This document shows, piece after piece, positions 40,201 through 53,485 of a stretch of DNA of 64,000 bases; within the stretch, counting starts at the first letter, position 1; each line of letters begins with the position of its first letter. The notes under the pieces are model-generated. The model was not told where the DNA came from and ran no database searches. It saw nothing but the letters and a program-made list of their open reading frames with translations. Made by a program: the position numbers and the translations under genes. Origin of the DNA: an uncultured Acidobacteriota bacterium (lineage in GTDB: Bacteria > Acidobacteriota > UBA6911). The stretch covers positions 32,001-96,000 of the forward strand of contig CAWJKZ010000023.1 of NCBI GenBank assembly GCA_963843575.1. Reading direction: 5' to 3'.

Positions 40201-42175
40201 CAACCAGCGCGTCGAGCCGAGCGCCGAGTACACCTACGACGCCCTCTACCGGCTGATCGAAGCCACCGGCCGCGAGCACCTGGGCCAGGTCGGCGGCGCG
40301 CCGATTCCGCATTCCTACAACGACGCCGCGCGCGCTGGTCGGTCGACTGCGTCCGCCAGCGACGGCAATGCCATGGGGACGTACCTCGAAGCGCTACGTC
40401 TACGACGCCGTGGGCAACTTCCTCGAGATGCAGCACCGCGGCAACGACCCGGCCCATCCCGGCTGGACACGCACCTACGCCTACGACGAGCACAGCCTGA
40501 CTCGAGCGCGGCAAGACAGAGCAACCGCCTGAGCCAGCACCCGCATCGGCAACGGCGACCGAGTCGTACAGCGGAGCAGGCGACGGCTACGACGCCCACG
40601 GCAACATGCTGCGCATGCCGCACCTGCAGCTCATGCAGTGGGACTTCACGGACCAGCTCCAGGCGACCTCAGCGGCAGGTCGTCGGCGACGCGGATGCAC
40701 GCCAGGAGAGCGCACCTGGTACGTCTACGACGCCAGCGGCCAGCGCGTGCGCAAGGTGACCGACGGGTTCGCCGCCGCGGGCCAGGCGCCGACGCGGAAG
40801 TCCGAGCGCATCTATCTCGGCGGATTTCGAGATCTACCGGGAATACGACGGAGCGTCCGTCACGCTCGAGCGCGAGACGCTGCACATCATGGACGACAAG
40901 CAGCGCATCGCCTTGGTGGAGACCCGCACCCAGGGCAGCGAACCATCGCCGACGCAGCTCATCCGCTATCAGTTCGGCAACCACCTCGGCTCGGCCAGCT
41001 CTGGAGCTGGACGACCAGGGCGCAGATCATCTCCTACGAGGAGTACACCCCTTATGGCAGCACGTCGTATCAGGCGGTGCAGCAGCCAGACCGAAACACC
41101 GAAGCGCTACCGCTACACCGGCAAGGAGCGCGACGAGGAAACCGGCCTCTACTACCACGGCGCGCGCTACTACGCGCCGTGGCTGGGGAGGTGGACGAGC
41201 TGTGATCCGGCGGGACTCGTGGATGGGCTGAACCTCTATGTCTACGCCGGAGCCAACCCGGTTGTTCGGCATGACCCGTCAGGACTGTACGGACTGGAGG
41301 AGGCCAACGAGGACCTGGCTCGCGCGAACCGTATAATCTCCATTATGTTTCCTCCGGCGGCAATTGCCAACGGAGTGGCGAATACCCTCCGGGACGTTGC
41401 CGGCCACACTCGAGCTCTCGTCGAGACAGAATCTACGGGTGAGCGGGTGGAGGCTGCGAAAGCCGTAATCGAGGATTTCGCCCCGTACAGCCTCCTGTTG
41501 CGTCTCGGACGTCTTGCAGACCCCAGCGTCTCCGGTATCAACGCGGTAGCCGTAGCTGACCCGACCGGAGTGGTGTCAAAGACGATGCAGGCCATTGAAG
41601 AGGGGAAGCGAGCTGCGGCCGCTCAACGCGAGCCGACGGATACTGGCACCAAAGTCAGAAGCGGCATCGACCTGGGGCTGGCCGTACTCGAGTGCGCGGA
41701 TGCGGCGGCACAGGTTGTGGTGGCCATCGCCGGCTTCCGCACTGCGGGACCGGTCGAGGCTCCACCCGTGCGCGGGCAGGCTCAAGTCAGATCGACAACG
41801 GTGGCGCAGCCCCCGACTCTGCGCCCGCAGGCGGTCACCGAACCGATGCCCATGGCTGAAACCCCAACCCTGCATGGGCAGACGATTGCCGAACCGATGC
41901 CGATCACGGAGGCTCCGACTCTACGCGGGCAGACGTTTACCGAACGGATCCCATTGGAGGGAGCGCCAACTGAACGGATGTCGGCACCGGAGGCCCCGCA
42001 GAGTGCTCGCCCAGTGGCGGTAGCTGCCGAGCCCGGGCCGCCACCGCCCAGCCCCCCCTCCGGTGGTCGTTTGCCGGGACAGCTGAACCCCGTGCAGATG
42101 ATACAGTGGACCCAAGCCGAACTGATCGGGCTGTATGCAATGTACGCGCGGATGTTGAGAACTTTTGGAAAATGA
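34261..42175 (+). CDS. Fused Tc toxin subunit B-C (SpvB, TcdB midN/midC, RHS core, variable C-terminus), broken by more than a dozen frameshifts
   Basis: GGGAIRGIGEKF...GNGPFGFGWSL...RKTDKGLPQY (SpvB); GFEVRTYRRC; DLDGDG repeats; YFDGIEREFRGFG; RALKGSMLRQEVY; GWTVFNNKGKPVRQYEPFF; YRYTGKERDEETGLYYHGARYY...NPVVRHDPSG. Collinear motifs switch frames repeatedly between about 34800 and 41090. Confidence 0.9.
41813..41965 (+). repeat. Three 51-bp coding tandem repeats in the RHS C-terminus
   Basis: PTLRPQAVTEPMPMAET / PTLHGQTIAEPMPITEA / PTLRGQTFTERIPLEGA. Confidence 0.85.
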
Positions 42176-42328
42176 CCAGTCGAGCCTGAATCGGGAAAAG
42201 AGGAATCCAGGCCAGGTTTTTCGCGGCGGTCCGGATGTGTCTCGCAAACCTCCTGCTTGCACCGGTGAGAGTGGCGCATGGTTCTGGTGCACCGAGGGTT
42301 TGCACAGAGTCTCCGAAGGAGAACGGGC

Positions 42329-45300
42329 ATGAATCAGATCACATTTCCTTTGAAGCTCCGCATGAAGGGCTCTGAAGTAGCCAATCTCCAGGCGGCGCTG
42401 CAGCTTCTGATCGAGCGTGGCGTTCTCCTTCGAGATGATGAAACTGCCCGAGGCGAGCAAACCGCCGCTCTCCAGCGGGAACTTGCGAAGACGACGTTCG
42501 GCTCGGCAACGCGCAAACTGATCGCTCTCTTCCAGGCGCAGAACCAGCTGCCCGCGGCCGGCGAGGTCGATGAGTCGACCTCGGAGGCGCTGAACGCGAA
42601 GCTGAAGGAACTCGGGGCGTTCGAGGACGCCCCCCCCGACGAACTGCCCGAATTTCAGCACCTCGTGCGCGGTCAGGTTCGCTATGAGGACGGTCTCCCG
42701 ATCGCCGGGCTGAAGGTCCAGGCCTTCGACAGGCGCCTCAGGCAAGAGCTGACCCTCGGGGAGACGACCACGGACGCGGATGGGCGCTACGCGATCTACT
42801 ACTCGGTGCAGGAGCTGCGCCGCACAGGCCGGCGCACGGTCTGCCTGCTCGTTCGCGCCCTCGGGAAGAAGGAAGGGGAGCGGGAAGAGAGCGTCCTGGC
42901 GGAGTCCGACGTCGTCTTCGAGGCCGGGATCGTGGAGAAGATCAACCTCCGGGTCCCCGGCGGTCTCCAGCATGCCTGGTCCGAGTACGAGCAGCTGATG
43001 ACCGAGATCGAACCCCTGCTGGAGGGCGCACCGGTCTCGAGCCTGTCCGAGGACGAAAAGCAGCAGGATGTCTCCTACCTCAGTGGAAAGCTCAACCGTG
43101 ACGTCAGGAAACTGGCGCAACTCGCCGGTGCACACAAGCTGGCGGAGAGAACCGGGCTGCCGCCGGAGATCCTCTTCGGTCTGGCCCGGGAACAGCTTCC
43201 CCTGAAGCTGTCGGCGCTGCTCGCTCAGAGCGCGCGACGGCGGCGCAACGCCCTGACGGCCGCCATTCGCGAGCACATCATCCCGGGCCGCCTGCTCGAC
43301 GAGCTGGACCGCATCGAGGCGCGCTTCCGGGAACTGGTGGCCCACCACGCGCTCGAGGGTGCGGGCGAGGAGGGCGGTGGGCCCCTGGGTGCCTTATTGG
43401 GCATGACGGGATTGCCCAAGCCGGTGCAGGCGCGCTTTGCCGCGGAGTTCGTCGGCCACAGGGCGCCCGTCCCGGAATTCTGGAAGAAACTGCGCGGCGA
43501 CCCGCAGTTCCGCGGCCACGTCGACGAGCTCCAGTTTGCCTTCCAGCTCAGCGCGCTGACGGCAAACCATGTCCCGCTGATGCGCCGGATTCTGCGGCTG
43601 CAGCGGACCGGCGACATCAGGAACGTGCGCGACCTTGCGCGGTTCAACGCCGACGACTGGAAGAAGATCGTGCTTCAGCCGGACGATACCGGGAAGGCGA
43701 CCTTTCCCCCGGAGATCGCCGGCAAGGACGACGACGAGAAGGCAGGCCGGTACGCGGAGATCCTCACCCGAATGGTCGAGGACTCCTTCCCTGTGGAATC
43801 CCTTGCGCAGCGGATGCAGCGGCCCGGCGACAACACGCCTGCAGGCACTCGGGCGTTCTTCAAGAACGTACTCGACCGCGCGGTCTCTTTCGATCTCGGC
43901 CGCGCGACGATAGACGCCTTCCTCAAGGACAACCCGGCCCTGCTCAAGGGGGTGGGCGACGTCGCGGCACTCGGCAAAGACCTGAAGGCGCGCCAGAGGC
44001 TCTTCAATTTGGTGCCGTGGCACGAGCAGATGGTACCGCTGCTCGACGCGGGGTTGACTTCTGCTTCCGCCGTCAACCGGATGGGCCGGCTGGCGTTCGC
44101 CGCCGAGTTTGGCCCGCAGCTGGGGGGAAAGCTGGCGTCAATGAAGATCCACGCGAAGGCCGGCCACATCACGGCGGCGGCGCTGAACGTGCTCGCCAAC
44201 CTCGGGCCCTGGTTCAGGTTCCCCATGAACGTCTTGCCCTGGTCCGCGCCCGGCGTGGACGGCCTCCCGGACTGGGAAACGCTTTTCGGGCCCTTCGACT
44301 TCTGCACGTGCGATCAGTGCCGCTCCGTGCACAGCCCCGCGGCCTACCTGGCCGAGCTTCTCGCCTTCCTCAAGCAGCGCAAGGTGAAGCTCGCCTTGCC
44401 GGGCGGCGCCACGGCCGACATCAACATGCGCGAGGCACTCTTCCGAAGGCGGCCGGACCTCGGGGATATCGAGCTGACCTGCGAGAACACCAACCTCCGG
44501 CTGCCGTACGTGGACCTCACCAACGAGATCCTCGAGAACGCCATCCGGCCCTTTCAGCCTTTCCTGCTTCCGCCCGGTGCGCCGGCAAACCTCGATGCGC
44601 GCTCAGTGTCCCCGGCAATTCGCGCGTCCTTCGTGAATGCCGCACGGGTTTTGGATGTCGATGCGTCCGTGGTTGTCGTCAAGGCAGGCGAGAAGTGGCT
44701 GGTGACCGATCGACGGCGGCTCTATTCCGTTCGTTTGCAGGCAGGGCAAACCCAGGTCTTCGCCCTGGGCTACCAGACTTTCGGCACGGAGAACGATCTC
44801 GCCGCGAATCCCAGCCACGTCAACGCCGACGCCTACGCGGAACTTGCCTCGTCGGTGCACCCCTGGTCGCTGCCGCTGGACCTCTGGGTGCTGGAGACGC
44901 GCGTCTGGCTGGAGAAGGCCGGCGTCGAACGCGCCGAACTGATGCGCGCCTTCCAGCCCAGGCAGGCCCCCGTCGACCCGAGTATCCTCGCGGTTGCGTG
45001 CGAAACCCTCGGGCTGACCCGGAAAGAGATGGAGATCGTAACCGGCGTCGATCCGCACCCGCTCTGGGAATTCTGGGGCCTCGAGCAGGCGGGCAACCAG
45101 GTGGAGATCCCCGATCCCGCCGACCCGGCGAAGACCGTCAGTGCCTCCCTGGGTTGGGTCGCGGCGCTGGGCTACGTGCGACCGTTCCTGCGGCAGTCGG
45201 GTCTCGGTTACGACGAGTTGCTGCGCCTCATCGCCACCCGCTTCGTGAACCCGGCGGGGGAGATCCGCATCGAGTCGTTGGACTCGGAAGACACGGCCAC

Positions 45301-48300
45301 CTGCGACACGAGCAAGCTGGCGATCACCAACCTGACCGCTCAGGTCCTCGACCGGCTTCATCGCTTTGTGCGGCTGTGGCGCAGGCTCGGCTGGACCATC
45401 CGGGAATTGGATCTCGGCATCGCTGTGTTCCAAGGCGGCAACCCCGATCCGAACGCGCGCCTCGTCGCCCGCCTGATCGAGCAGCTTGCCGTGGTGAAGC
45501 GTGTGAACCAGGAGATCGGCGTGCCCCTGGAACGGCTGTTGTCGCTGTGGGGAACGATCGATACCCGGCCCGGTCTGCGCGACGATCCTGCCGGGGAGGA
45601 TTCGCTTTACGACAAGCTCTTTCTGAATCCTTCCGTCCTCAAGCCGGTGGACGGCGCCTTCGTACTGAACGCGGCGCGGTCGGAGGTCGCAGTGCCCGGC
45701 TCACCCCTCGCCGCTCACGTCCCCGCCATCATCGGCGGCCTGGGCATCACTGCCACAGATCTCACGGGCCTGACCGCCGCGGAGGTGCCCGGAAGCGATC
45801 TTACGCTGGCAAACCTCTCCGCTCTCCACGGGCGGGTCACGCTGGCGAACGGGATGGGATTGTCTATCGGCGAGTTCGTCCGCTGGCGCAGTCTGAGCGG
45901 CATCAACCCGTTCGATCCCGCACGTCCGGAAGACACCCTCGGGTTCATCGAGGCGGTGCGACGCGTCACCGCAGCCGGTTTTTCGGTCGCCGAAGTCGAC
46001 TATCTGCTGCGACATCAGCTCGACGCGGATCCCGCCCTGGCGCCCACCGCCGAGACCATCGCCGTGGTCCTGACCGAAACAAGGGCGGGCCTGCAGAAGA
46101 TACAGGACAGCCTGACCCTCGAATCCGATCTGAACGGGGATCTGACGCGCAAGTACCTCGGCCTGCTCAAGTGGGACCCTGCGCATGTCGAGCTGGCCGT
46201 ATCGACCCTTAACTCCAATCCGGCTTTCTCGGCCGCGCTCGAGGAATTGCCCGCTTCAACCGTCTTCCCGCCGACGGTTCAGCCCCGCGTGGCCTGGGAC
46301 TCTGTGCGCCGCTGCCTCGCGTTCGCTGGTGTCATGACGGCGGCGGATCGGGCGGCCCTCCTCGGTGTGGCCGTACCGCCCGCCGCGCAGGCGAACTACC
46401 AGGCGGCAGTCGAACAGCTCTTCCGGCAATCGAGTAACTTCCTGGATGCGGTGCGCGCATACGAGCGCCCGGTTTTCCGGGTTGCGCTCGTCCCGGCCTC
46501 GATGCCGGCGGGCAATTTCGTCCCGCGCCGACTGAGGAGCCGCTTCTTCTACGACCGCAAGGCCGGGGAGGTCTGCTTTTCTGGCCTGATGCTCGCCCAG
46601 GATTACGCGGAGATCTCGGCCATCCCGGGAGTCGACGCCGCCTTCACGAGCGCGCTCGACCAACTGCGCCTGCAATCGTCCGCCTTCGTTCCTGTCGGCG
46701 AGAATGAATTCTTCGCCGAGGCCGAGGTTACGCCCCTGCTGGCGGCCGCCGTGACGCCGCCGGAAAGGTTCCAGGCGGTTCTGGAGAGGCTCGTCCCGCA
46801 GTTGCGCCGGCTGCTGGGCGAAAGCCTGGTGAAACAGAAGCTCTCCGAAGCGTTGGGCGCCGAGCCCGCCGCCCTCGGACACCTGCTGGACGGCGTGACG
46901 ATGGACGGCTTTCTCGCGCCCGAGTTTGCCGAAAGCAACGCCGCCCTGGGCGTGGACGCGGCCAGGTTCCCGGCCCTCTTCGATGCCTTCGCGCGCCTGA
47001 GCAAGGGCCTGCTCGTGGCGGGCAAGCTGGGTCTCGATGTCCGCCAGTTGGAGTGGTACTTCCGGTTCCTCCCTACCGTCCCCGCGCGGGATGTTCCCTG
47101 GGCTTCGGCGTTTCCGGTCCAGGCGGGCTGGCTCGACTTCCGGGACTTGCCGCTCAGCCCCAGCCAGGACCCGGTTCCGGCACGCTTCGCTGCGCTGCTC
47201 CGCCTCATCGCCCTGCGCGAGACGCGCGACCAGATCCGCCCGGCCGGCGAGCTGGCACAGGAGGAAATCTTCGCGGCCGCGCGCGAGCCGGTTTTGGCGG
47301 CCGACCTTGCTGCCCTGACAGACAGGGTGGCGGCCATACTGAAGCGTCGTGGTGGGTGGGAGGAGGATGGGACGAAAGCCCTGTGCGGAGCCGCCGGAGT
47401 CGCCCTGGTCCTCCCCGCCGATCTCCTGGACGAGTTCGGCGTCGTCCGCCTCGTCCGGTGCCGGGCGCTGGCGCGACGGATCAATGCGCTCCCGGATCAG
47501 GCCGGCGCGTGGGCGCGCGAGGAGGCGACCGGCGCGACGGCCCAGGGAATCAAGCAGGCTCTCCGGGCACGGCACGGCGAGGAGGCTTGGCAACAGATCG
47601 CCCGGCCGGCACAGGACATCATCCGGGAGGCGAAGCGAGCCGCCCTGGTGGCCTACCTCCAGGTGCGGCCGCCCAGCCTGGTGCACCCCGATGGAGTAAT
47701 GCGGCCGGCCTGGCATGACGCCAACGGCCTGTTCGCCTATTTCCTGATCGATGTCGAGATGACGCCGTGCTGGACGACCTCGCGCATCAAGCAGGCAATC
47801 AGCTCGGTCCAACTCTTCGTGCAGCGCAGCCTGCTCAACCTCGAGGTCGGGCTGCGCATCGATGCCAGGAAAGACGACGCGTGGCTGCAGTGGAAATGGA
47901 TGAAGAATTACCGCGTGTGGGAGGCCAATCGGAAAATCTTCCTTTACCCCGAGAACTGGATCGAGCCCGAGCTCCGTGACGACAAGACCCCGTTCTTCAA
48001 GACGCTGGAGAACGAGCTTCTCCAGAACGAACTCACGGCCGCCACCGCCGAGGATGCGTTCCTGCACTACCTGGAAAGGCTCGATGCCGTGGCCAAACTC
48101 GAGCTCGTCGGCATGTACCAGCAGGACACCGCCGACGGCCAGCAGCCGGTGCTCCACGTCTTCGGCCGCACCGCGGGTACGCCGCCGGTCTACTACTACC
48201 GTCGCAAGGCCGGCTCCGGCCGCTGGACGCCCTGGGAAACGGTGGACCTCGACATCGAGGGCGACCACCTGATCCCGATCGCCTGGAACCGCCGCCTCTA

Positions 48301-51300
48301 TCTTTTCTGGCCGGTCTTCAGCATCAAGGCCAAACAGGAGGAGATATACCCGAAGGATACCGACGGCAAGCCGCCGTCGAAATATTTCGAGATCCAGCTG
48401 GCCTGGAGCGAGTACAAGCAGGGCCGCTGGCTGCCGAAGAAGATCACGTCGAAACGCATACTGTCGGGCGTGCAGGTGAAGGAAATCACCAAGGACAATC
48501 CCGACGACGACGGGCGCAACGACCACGTCTTCTTCACGAGCATCACCGTCGACAAACAGGAGCCCGGTGCGGGAGGGTCCGCCCCGCGGCCGCCGGCCGG
48601 ATTGCGCATCTGGCCGGAATGGGACAACCCGCAGTGCAACTACTCGGATCTCGTGGTCGACGACTATCGCGGGGAGATCGTCATTCCGCAAATGGTTCCC
48701 TTTGCGCCGGTGGAAACCTTCCTGTTTTCCGGCTGTCACGCCGATGCCGCGATCGAGTCGGGCCGCAGCATCTACGGCGTCTTCAACCCCAGCGGCACCC
48801 GGGTGAAAGCGATGCGCTTCGAGGAAGGCCCGGCCGACGTGCCGCTCCGCCTTCCCGTCGATGCGACGACCGTCCGCGAAGAGGATGCCCTGGGAACGAC
48901 CCCTGGCAGCGCCGCCTTCGAATTGCTCTATCCGCACCAGGACTACTTCCTCACCGGACACAGGCCGTTTTTCTTTCAGGACCAGTCGCGCTCGTTTCTC
49001 GTCAAGCCGGTGAGGCTGCCGGTCTCCAGCTTCAAATGGCATGTGTTCGACTCCGTTGACCCGGGTCAGATCCACGCGGTCAAGGAGCACTACTACGCAT
49101 GGGCAGGGAAGGGGCAGCTCGCCTTGCGGGACGCCGCCAGAGCCGCACGCTGGCGGCCAGAAGCGCGCGCCCTGGCAGGCACACGGATCCAGGCTCTCAC
49201 GCAACGCGATCTGCAGATCCAACACAGGAAAGTGAACGCACTGGCCGCGTCCCCCTGGCTGGACGTGAAGCAGCTGCTCGCCCCCGAAATGCTGCTGCCG
49301 CTGCTGCGGAGGTCGAAACGGTACCGGTTCCAGGCCTTCTGCCACCCTTACGTCTGCGATTTCATCAAGGCGCTGAACGGTGGCGGAGTGGACGAACTGC
49401 TGACCCTGGATATCCAGGAGTCCCGCAGGAAGTACTTCGTGTGGACATACCACCCCAAGGGACTGGTCGACCCCGATTACCCGCTCGACAACGTGGACTT
49501 CACGCCGGGCGGAGCGTACTCGCAATACAACTGGGAGCTCTTCTTCCATGTGCCGATGCTGATTGCGGCGCGTCTCAGCCAGAACCAGCGCTTCGAGGAC
49601 GCACAGCGGTGGTTCCACTATGTCTTCGACCCGACCAATGCCTCGGGCGACGACGCCCCACGCAAGTTCTGGTGCACGAAACCGTTCCACGACCTGCAGC
49701 GGGAGGACTATCTCAAGCAGCGGATCGAGCAGCTCGTCAAGCCGAGCTCGTCCGGCGCGCCGAATCCCGAGCTCGCCCTCGAGATCGAGGAGTGGCGCAA
49801 CAATCCGTTTTCCCCGCACGCGGTGGCACGGCTTCGGCTCACCGCCTATCAGAAGTCGGTGGTGATGAAGTATCTCGACAACGTCATCGCCTGGGCCGAC
49901 CAGCTTGTTCCGGCGCGACACGATCGAGTCCATCAACGAGGCGACCCAGCTCTACGTGCTTGCGGCGGACATGCTGGGTGCCCGGCCGACCGAGATGGCC
50001 CCGCGCGCGCAGCCCCAGGTGCAGACCTGTAATTCGCTCGATCCGCTGCTCTCCGAGCTGTCCAACACGCTGGTGGAGATCGAGTACCTCGTCCCCTCGC
50101 CGAGCCCGGACGCCGTCCTGGTGAAGCGGAACGCCCCGGCGATTGCGCCGCCGGCGATTCCTTACTTCTGCGTGCCCCGCAACGACAAGCTGATGGCCTA
50201 CTGGACGACGGTGGGCGAGCGGCTCTTCAAGATCCGCCACGGCATGAACATCGAAGGCGTGGCGCGCCAGCTGGCGCTGTTCGAACCGCCGATCGACCCC
50301 GGGCTGCTGGTGCGCGCGGCCGCGGCAGGCGTGGACCTGGGCAGCGTGCTCAACGACATGAACGCGCCGCTGCCCAGCTACCGGTTCCAGGTCATGGCGC
50401 AGAAGGCCACGGAGCTCGTGCGCGGAGGTCAAGGCGCTGGGCGCGGCCCTGCTGTCGGCCATAGAGAAACGCGACGCGGAGGCGCTCGCGCTGCTGCGGT
50501 CGACCCAGGAGATCGCGCTCCTGAAGCAGGTGCGCGAGGTGCGCAAGCAACAGGCCAAGGAAGCCGCCGAGAACGTGACCGCTCTCGAACGCGGGAAACA
50601 GGTCACCGAGGCCCGGCGCGACTTCTACCGGAACATCGTTCGGATCAACCAGAACGAGCAGCTCAACCTGGACAAGCTGCAGTCCGCGCACGAGTGGCAG
50701 AGCCGGCGCGCAGATCGCGGAACTGGTCGCGGCGGTCGTGCCCGCTCATCGGCGACTTCGATCTCGGGGCCTCCGGCTGGGGAAGCAGCTCCGGTGGTCA
50801 AGTGGCGATGGGGCGGCATGAACATCGGCATGGCGGCTCAGGCCACGGCCCGTGCGATGAACTTCCTCGGCGTCCATCGACCAGTTCGAGGCCACCAATG
50901 CCTCGATCAAAGGCGGCTTCGACCGCCGCTGGGACGAGTGGAAACAGCAGGAGAAGCTGGCCAACCTGGAATTGAAGCAGATCGACAGCCAGATCGCCGC
51001 AGCGACGATCCGCCGGGCGATCGCGGAGAAGGAACTCGCCAATCACGACCTCCAGGCGGAGAACGCCAGGGCCGTCGACGAGATGATGCGGTCGAAGTTC
51101 TCCAACCGCGAGCTGTTCGACTGGATGGTCTCGCCAGGTGTCCGCCCTCTACTTCCAGAGCTACCAGCTGGCCTACGACGTGGCCAGGCGGGCCGAGCGC
51201 GCCTACCGGCACGAGCTCGGCGTCAAGGACTCGAACTTCATCCAGTTCGGCTACTGGGACAGCCTCAAGAAGGGGCTGCTTGCGGGAGAACGCCTTTTCC

Positions 51301-52442
51301 ACGACCTGAAACGCATGGAGGTCTCCTACCTCGACCAGCACAAGCGCGAGTACGAGATCACCAAGCACGTTTCGCTCGCCCTGCTCCACCCGCAGGCGCT
51401 CGTGTCGCTGAGAGGAGTCCGGGTCGTGCTTCTTCGAGCTCCCCGAGGCGATCTTCGACCTGGACCATCCCGGGCACTACCTCAGGCGGATCAAGTCCGT
51501 CAGCCTCAGCCTGCCGTGCGTCGCCGGCCCTTACACCAGCGTCAGCGCAAAACTGACGCTGCTCGGGAACCGCATCCGTCGCGAGGCGCAGACCAAGCCG
51601 GACGGATCCGATTACGCGTGGCGCGGATTGGAGGACCCACGTTTCGCGCACGACGTCGGCGGCATCCAGTCCATCGTCACCAGTACGGGACGCGAGGACG
51701 GCGGTCTTGTTCGAACTCAATTTCCGCGACGAACGCTACCTGCCGTTCGAGGGGGCGGGCGTCATGAGCTCGTGGCGGCTGGAGTTGCCCGCTGCGCTCC
51801 GCCAGTTCGACTACGACACCATCAGCGACGTCGTGGTGCACATCCGTTACACGGCACGCGACGGCGGGGACGCCGCTGAAGGCCGCCGTCACCAACAGAC
51901 TGATCGAGGCCCTGCGGCTCATGACGGTCGAGCAGGGGAAGACGGGCCTCTTCCGCCTGTTCAGCCTGCGACACGACTTCCCCGACCAATGGCATCAGTT
52001 CCTGCACGCGGCGCCGGTCAATGGGGAACCGGCCCCGCTGACGCTCGAACTCGTCAGCGCCCTGTTCCCCGCGTACGCGCGGGAGCGAACGATCAAGATC
52101 AGGAGACTCCTGGTGATGGTGCAGGCCGGAGAAACCGAAGGTTTACGATCCGCTCGATCCGCTTGCGTTCTCCGTTACCCGTCCGGGGAGCTCCGCCGGC
52201 AAGCCCCCTGGAAGCGCAAGGGTTGCCCGGCGACCTGGGCGCGGCACAACCCGGCGATTCTGGACCTGGGCGCGGGTGTGATCGTGCGCGAGGCTCCCGA
52301 TCAGTCGGTGTGGAAGTTCGCCCCGACGCAAATCCCGGGGCTGCTCCGCAAGACGGTCGACACACCGGACGGGGCCGTGGATGTGCTCGATCCCGAATCT
52401 CTGCGGGACATGGCCGTCCTCTGCCACTACACGATCGAGTGA
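42329..52442 (+). CDS. Tc toxin subunit A-like protein (about 3300 aa) with N-terminal peptidoglycan-binding domain; frameshifted after about 49900
   Basis: AAGGAG before ATG 42329; CRSVHSPAAYLAELL, RRPDLGDIELTCENTN.RLPYVDL; TSRIKQAISSVQLFVQR; YRVWEANRKIFLYPENWIEPELRDDKTPFF; YNWELFFH; RLFKIRH.MNIEG; GLLAGE; DERYLPFEGAG; ends ...LCHYTIE*. Confidence 0.9.
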
Positions 52443-52448
52443 CACGAG

Positions 52449-53485
52449 ATGTCGACTATGAGCACTGACATTTCCACTGAGCGCGGACAAACAGCGCCGC
52501 TGGCATGGTTGGAGCGTACGGCGGTCCTGCTTGGCCTGCCGGGGGTGGCCGGGGTAATGGAAGAGGCCCTGAGCGAGGCTTTGCCCTGGCCGTGGGACGA
52601 TCCGCGCTACGAGGCCAACGCCCTCGTTCCGGGACGGCCTCCGCTGGAGATCTCGTTCGTCGAGGCCGATCCCGGGACATTGCGCTTCGATTTCGAACCC
52701 GGTTGCCCGGGAACCTCCGCGGCCTGTCGGCGGGAGCGGGCGTCGTACCTCGGTCCGTCGATGGGCGAGGGCCTGCTTCGCCCCGGAAATCGCGAGCGAT
52801 TTCGAGCCATCCCTGACGTTTGCTCTGCAGGCAGCGACTCGGTCCGCAACCGGCGTTCGGCGCTTTCCTGGGCGCCGCGTGCGATGGTCGTGGGCTGGCC
52901 GAGGCCAAGATCTACTGTGAATTGGCCGGCGAGTTGCCCGAAGGATTTCCCTCCGGCCTCGTTGCGGCGGCAACTGCGGCGCTGTCCGGCGTCAAGGGGC
53001 TCGTACCCCATCTCGCTTCCCTGGCGTGCTGCCGGGGAGGCTGCGTCCCGCGCATCTATTTTCTCTGTCGGGGGGAAGTGGCGCCGGTCGAATTGCGGCC
53101 GGCCCTGGCGGCCGCCGGCCTTGAACATCGCCTGCCGGAATTGGTCTCACTCACCACCGCGCTTGCGGGGACCGGCTTCATGCTCCCTGCGGGAGTCGCC
53201 GTGCTTTCGTTCCGGGAAGACGCCGGCAGGATCGACTGCAAGCTGGAGTTGCTCGCAGGAGCGCTGCCTCGATCCCAGGAAGCGCTTTCCCGCAGCCTCC
53301 GGCTCGTTCTCTCGGAGCGCCCCGAAATGCGCGCGGCGCTGCACCGATGGGTCCGCGCTCTCGGCGAAGACGGCCCGCTGCCGGAGAGAGTCAACGCCGT
53401 GGGCTTTCGGGTTTCGGCGGACGGGCCGTCGCAGCTCGGCCTCTACGTGAGTCCCACGAAATGGAGCGCCCCATGCCCGCCGTAG
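52449..53485 (+). CDS. Hypothetical protein, frameshift near 52790-52830; weak resemblance to ABBA/DMATS prenyltransferase fold
   Basis: ORF 52449 (NALVPGRPPLEISFVE...LRFDFEP) joins ORF 52820 (FGAFLGA...AKIYCEL...PRIYF...CKLEL...LGLYVSP); starts 6 bp after the TcA stop. Confidence 0.5.

Noticed and set aside
46256-49936. 1226-aa minus-strand ORF
   Set aside because: Antisense shadow of tcA with no recognisable domain.
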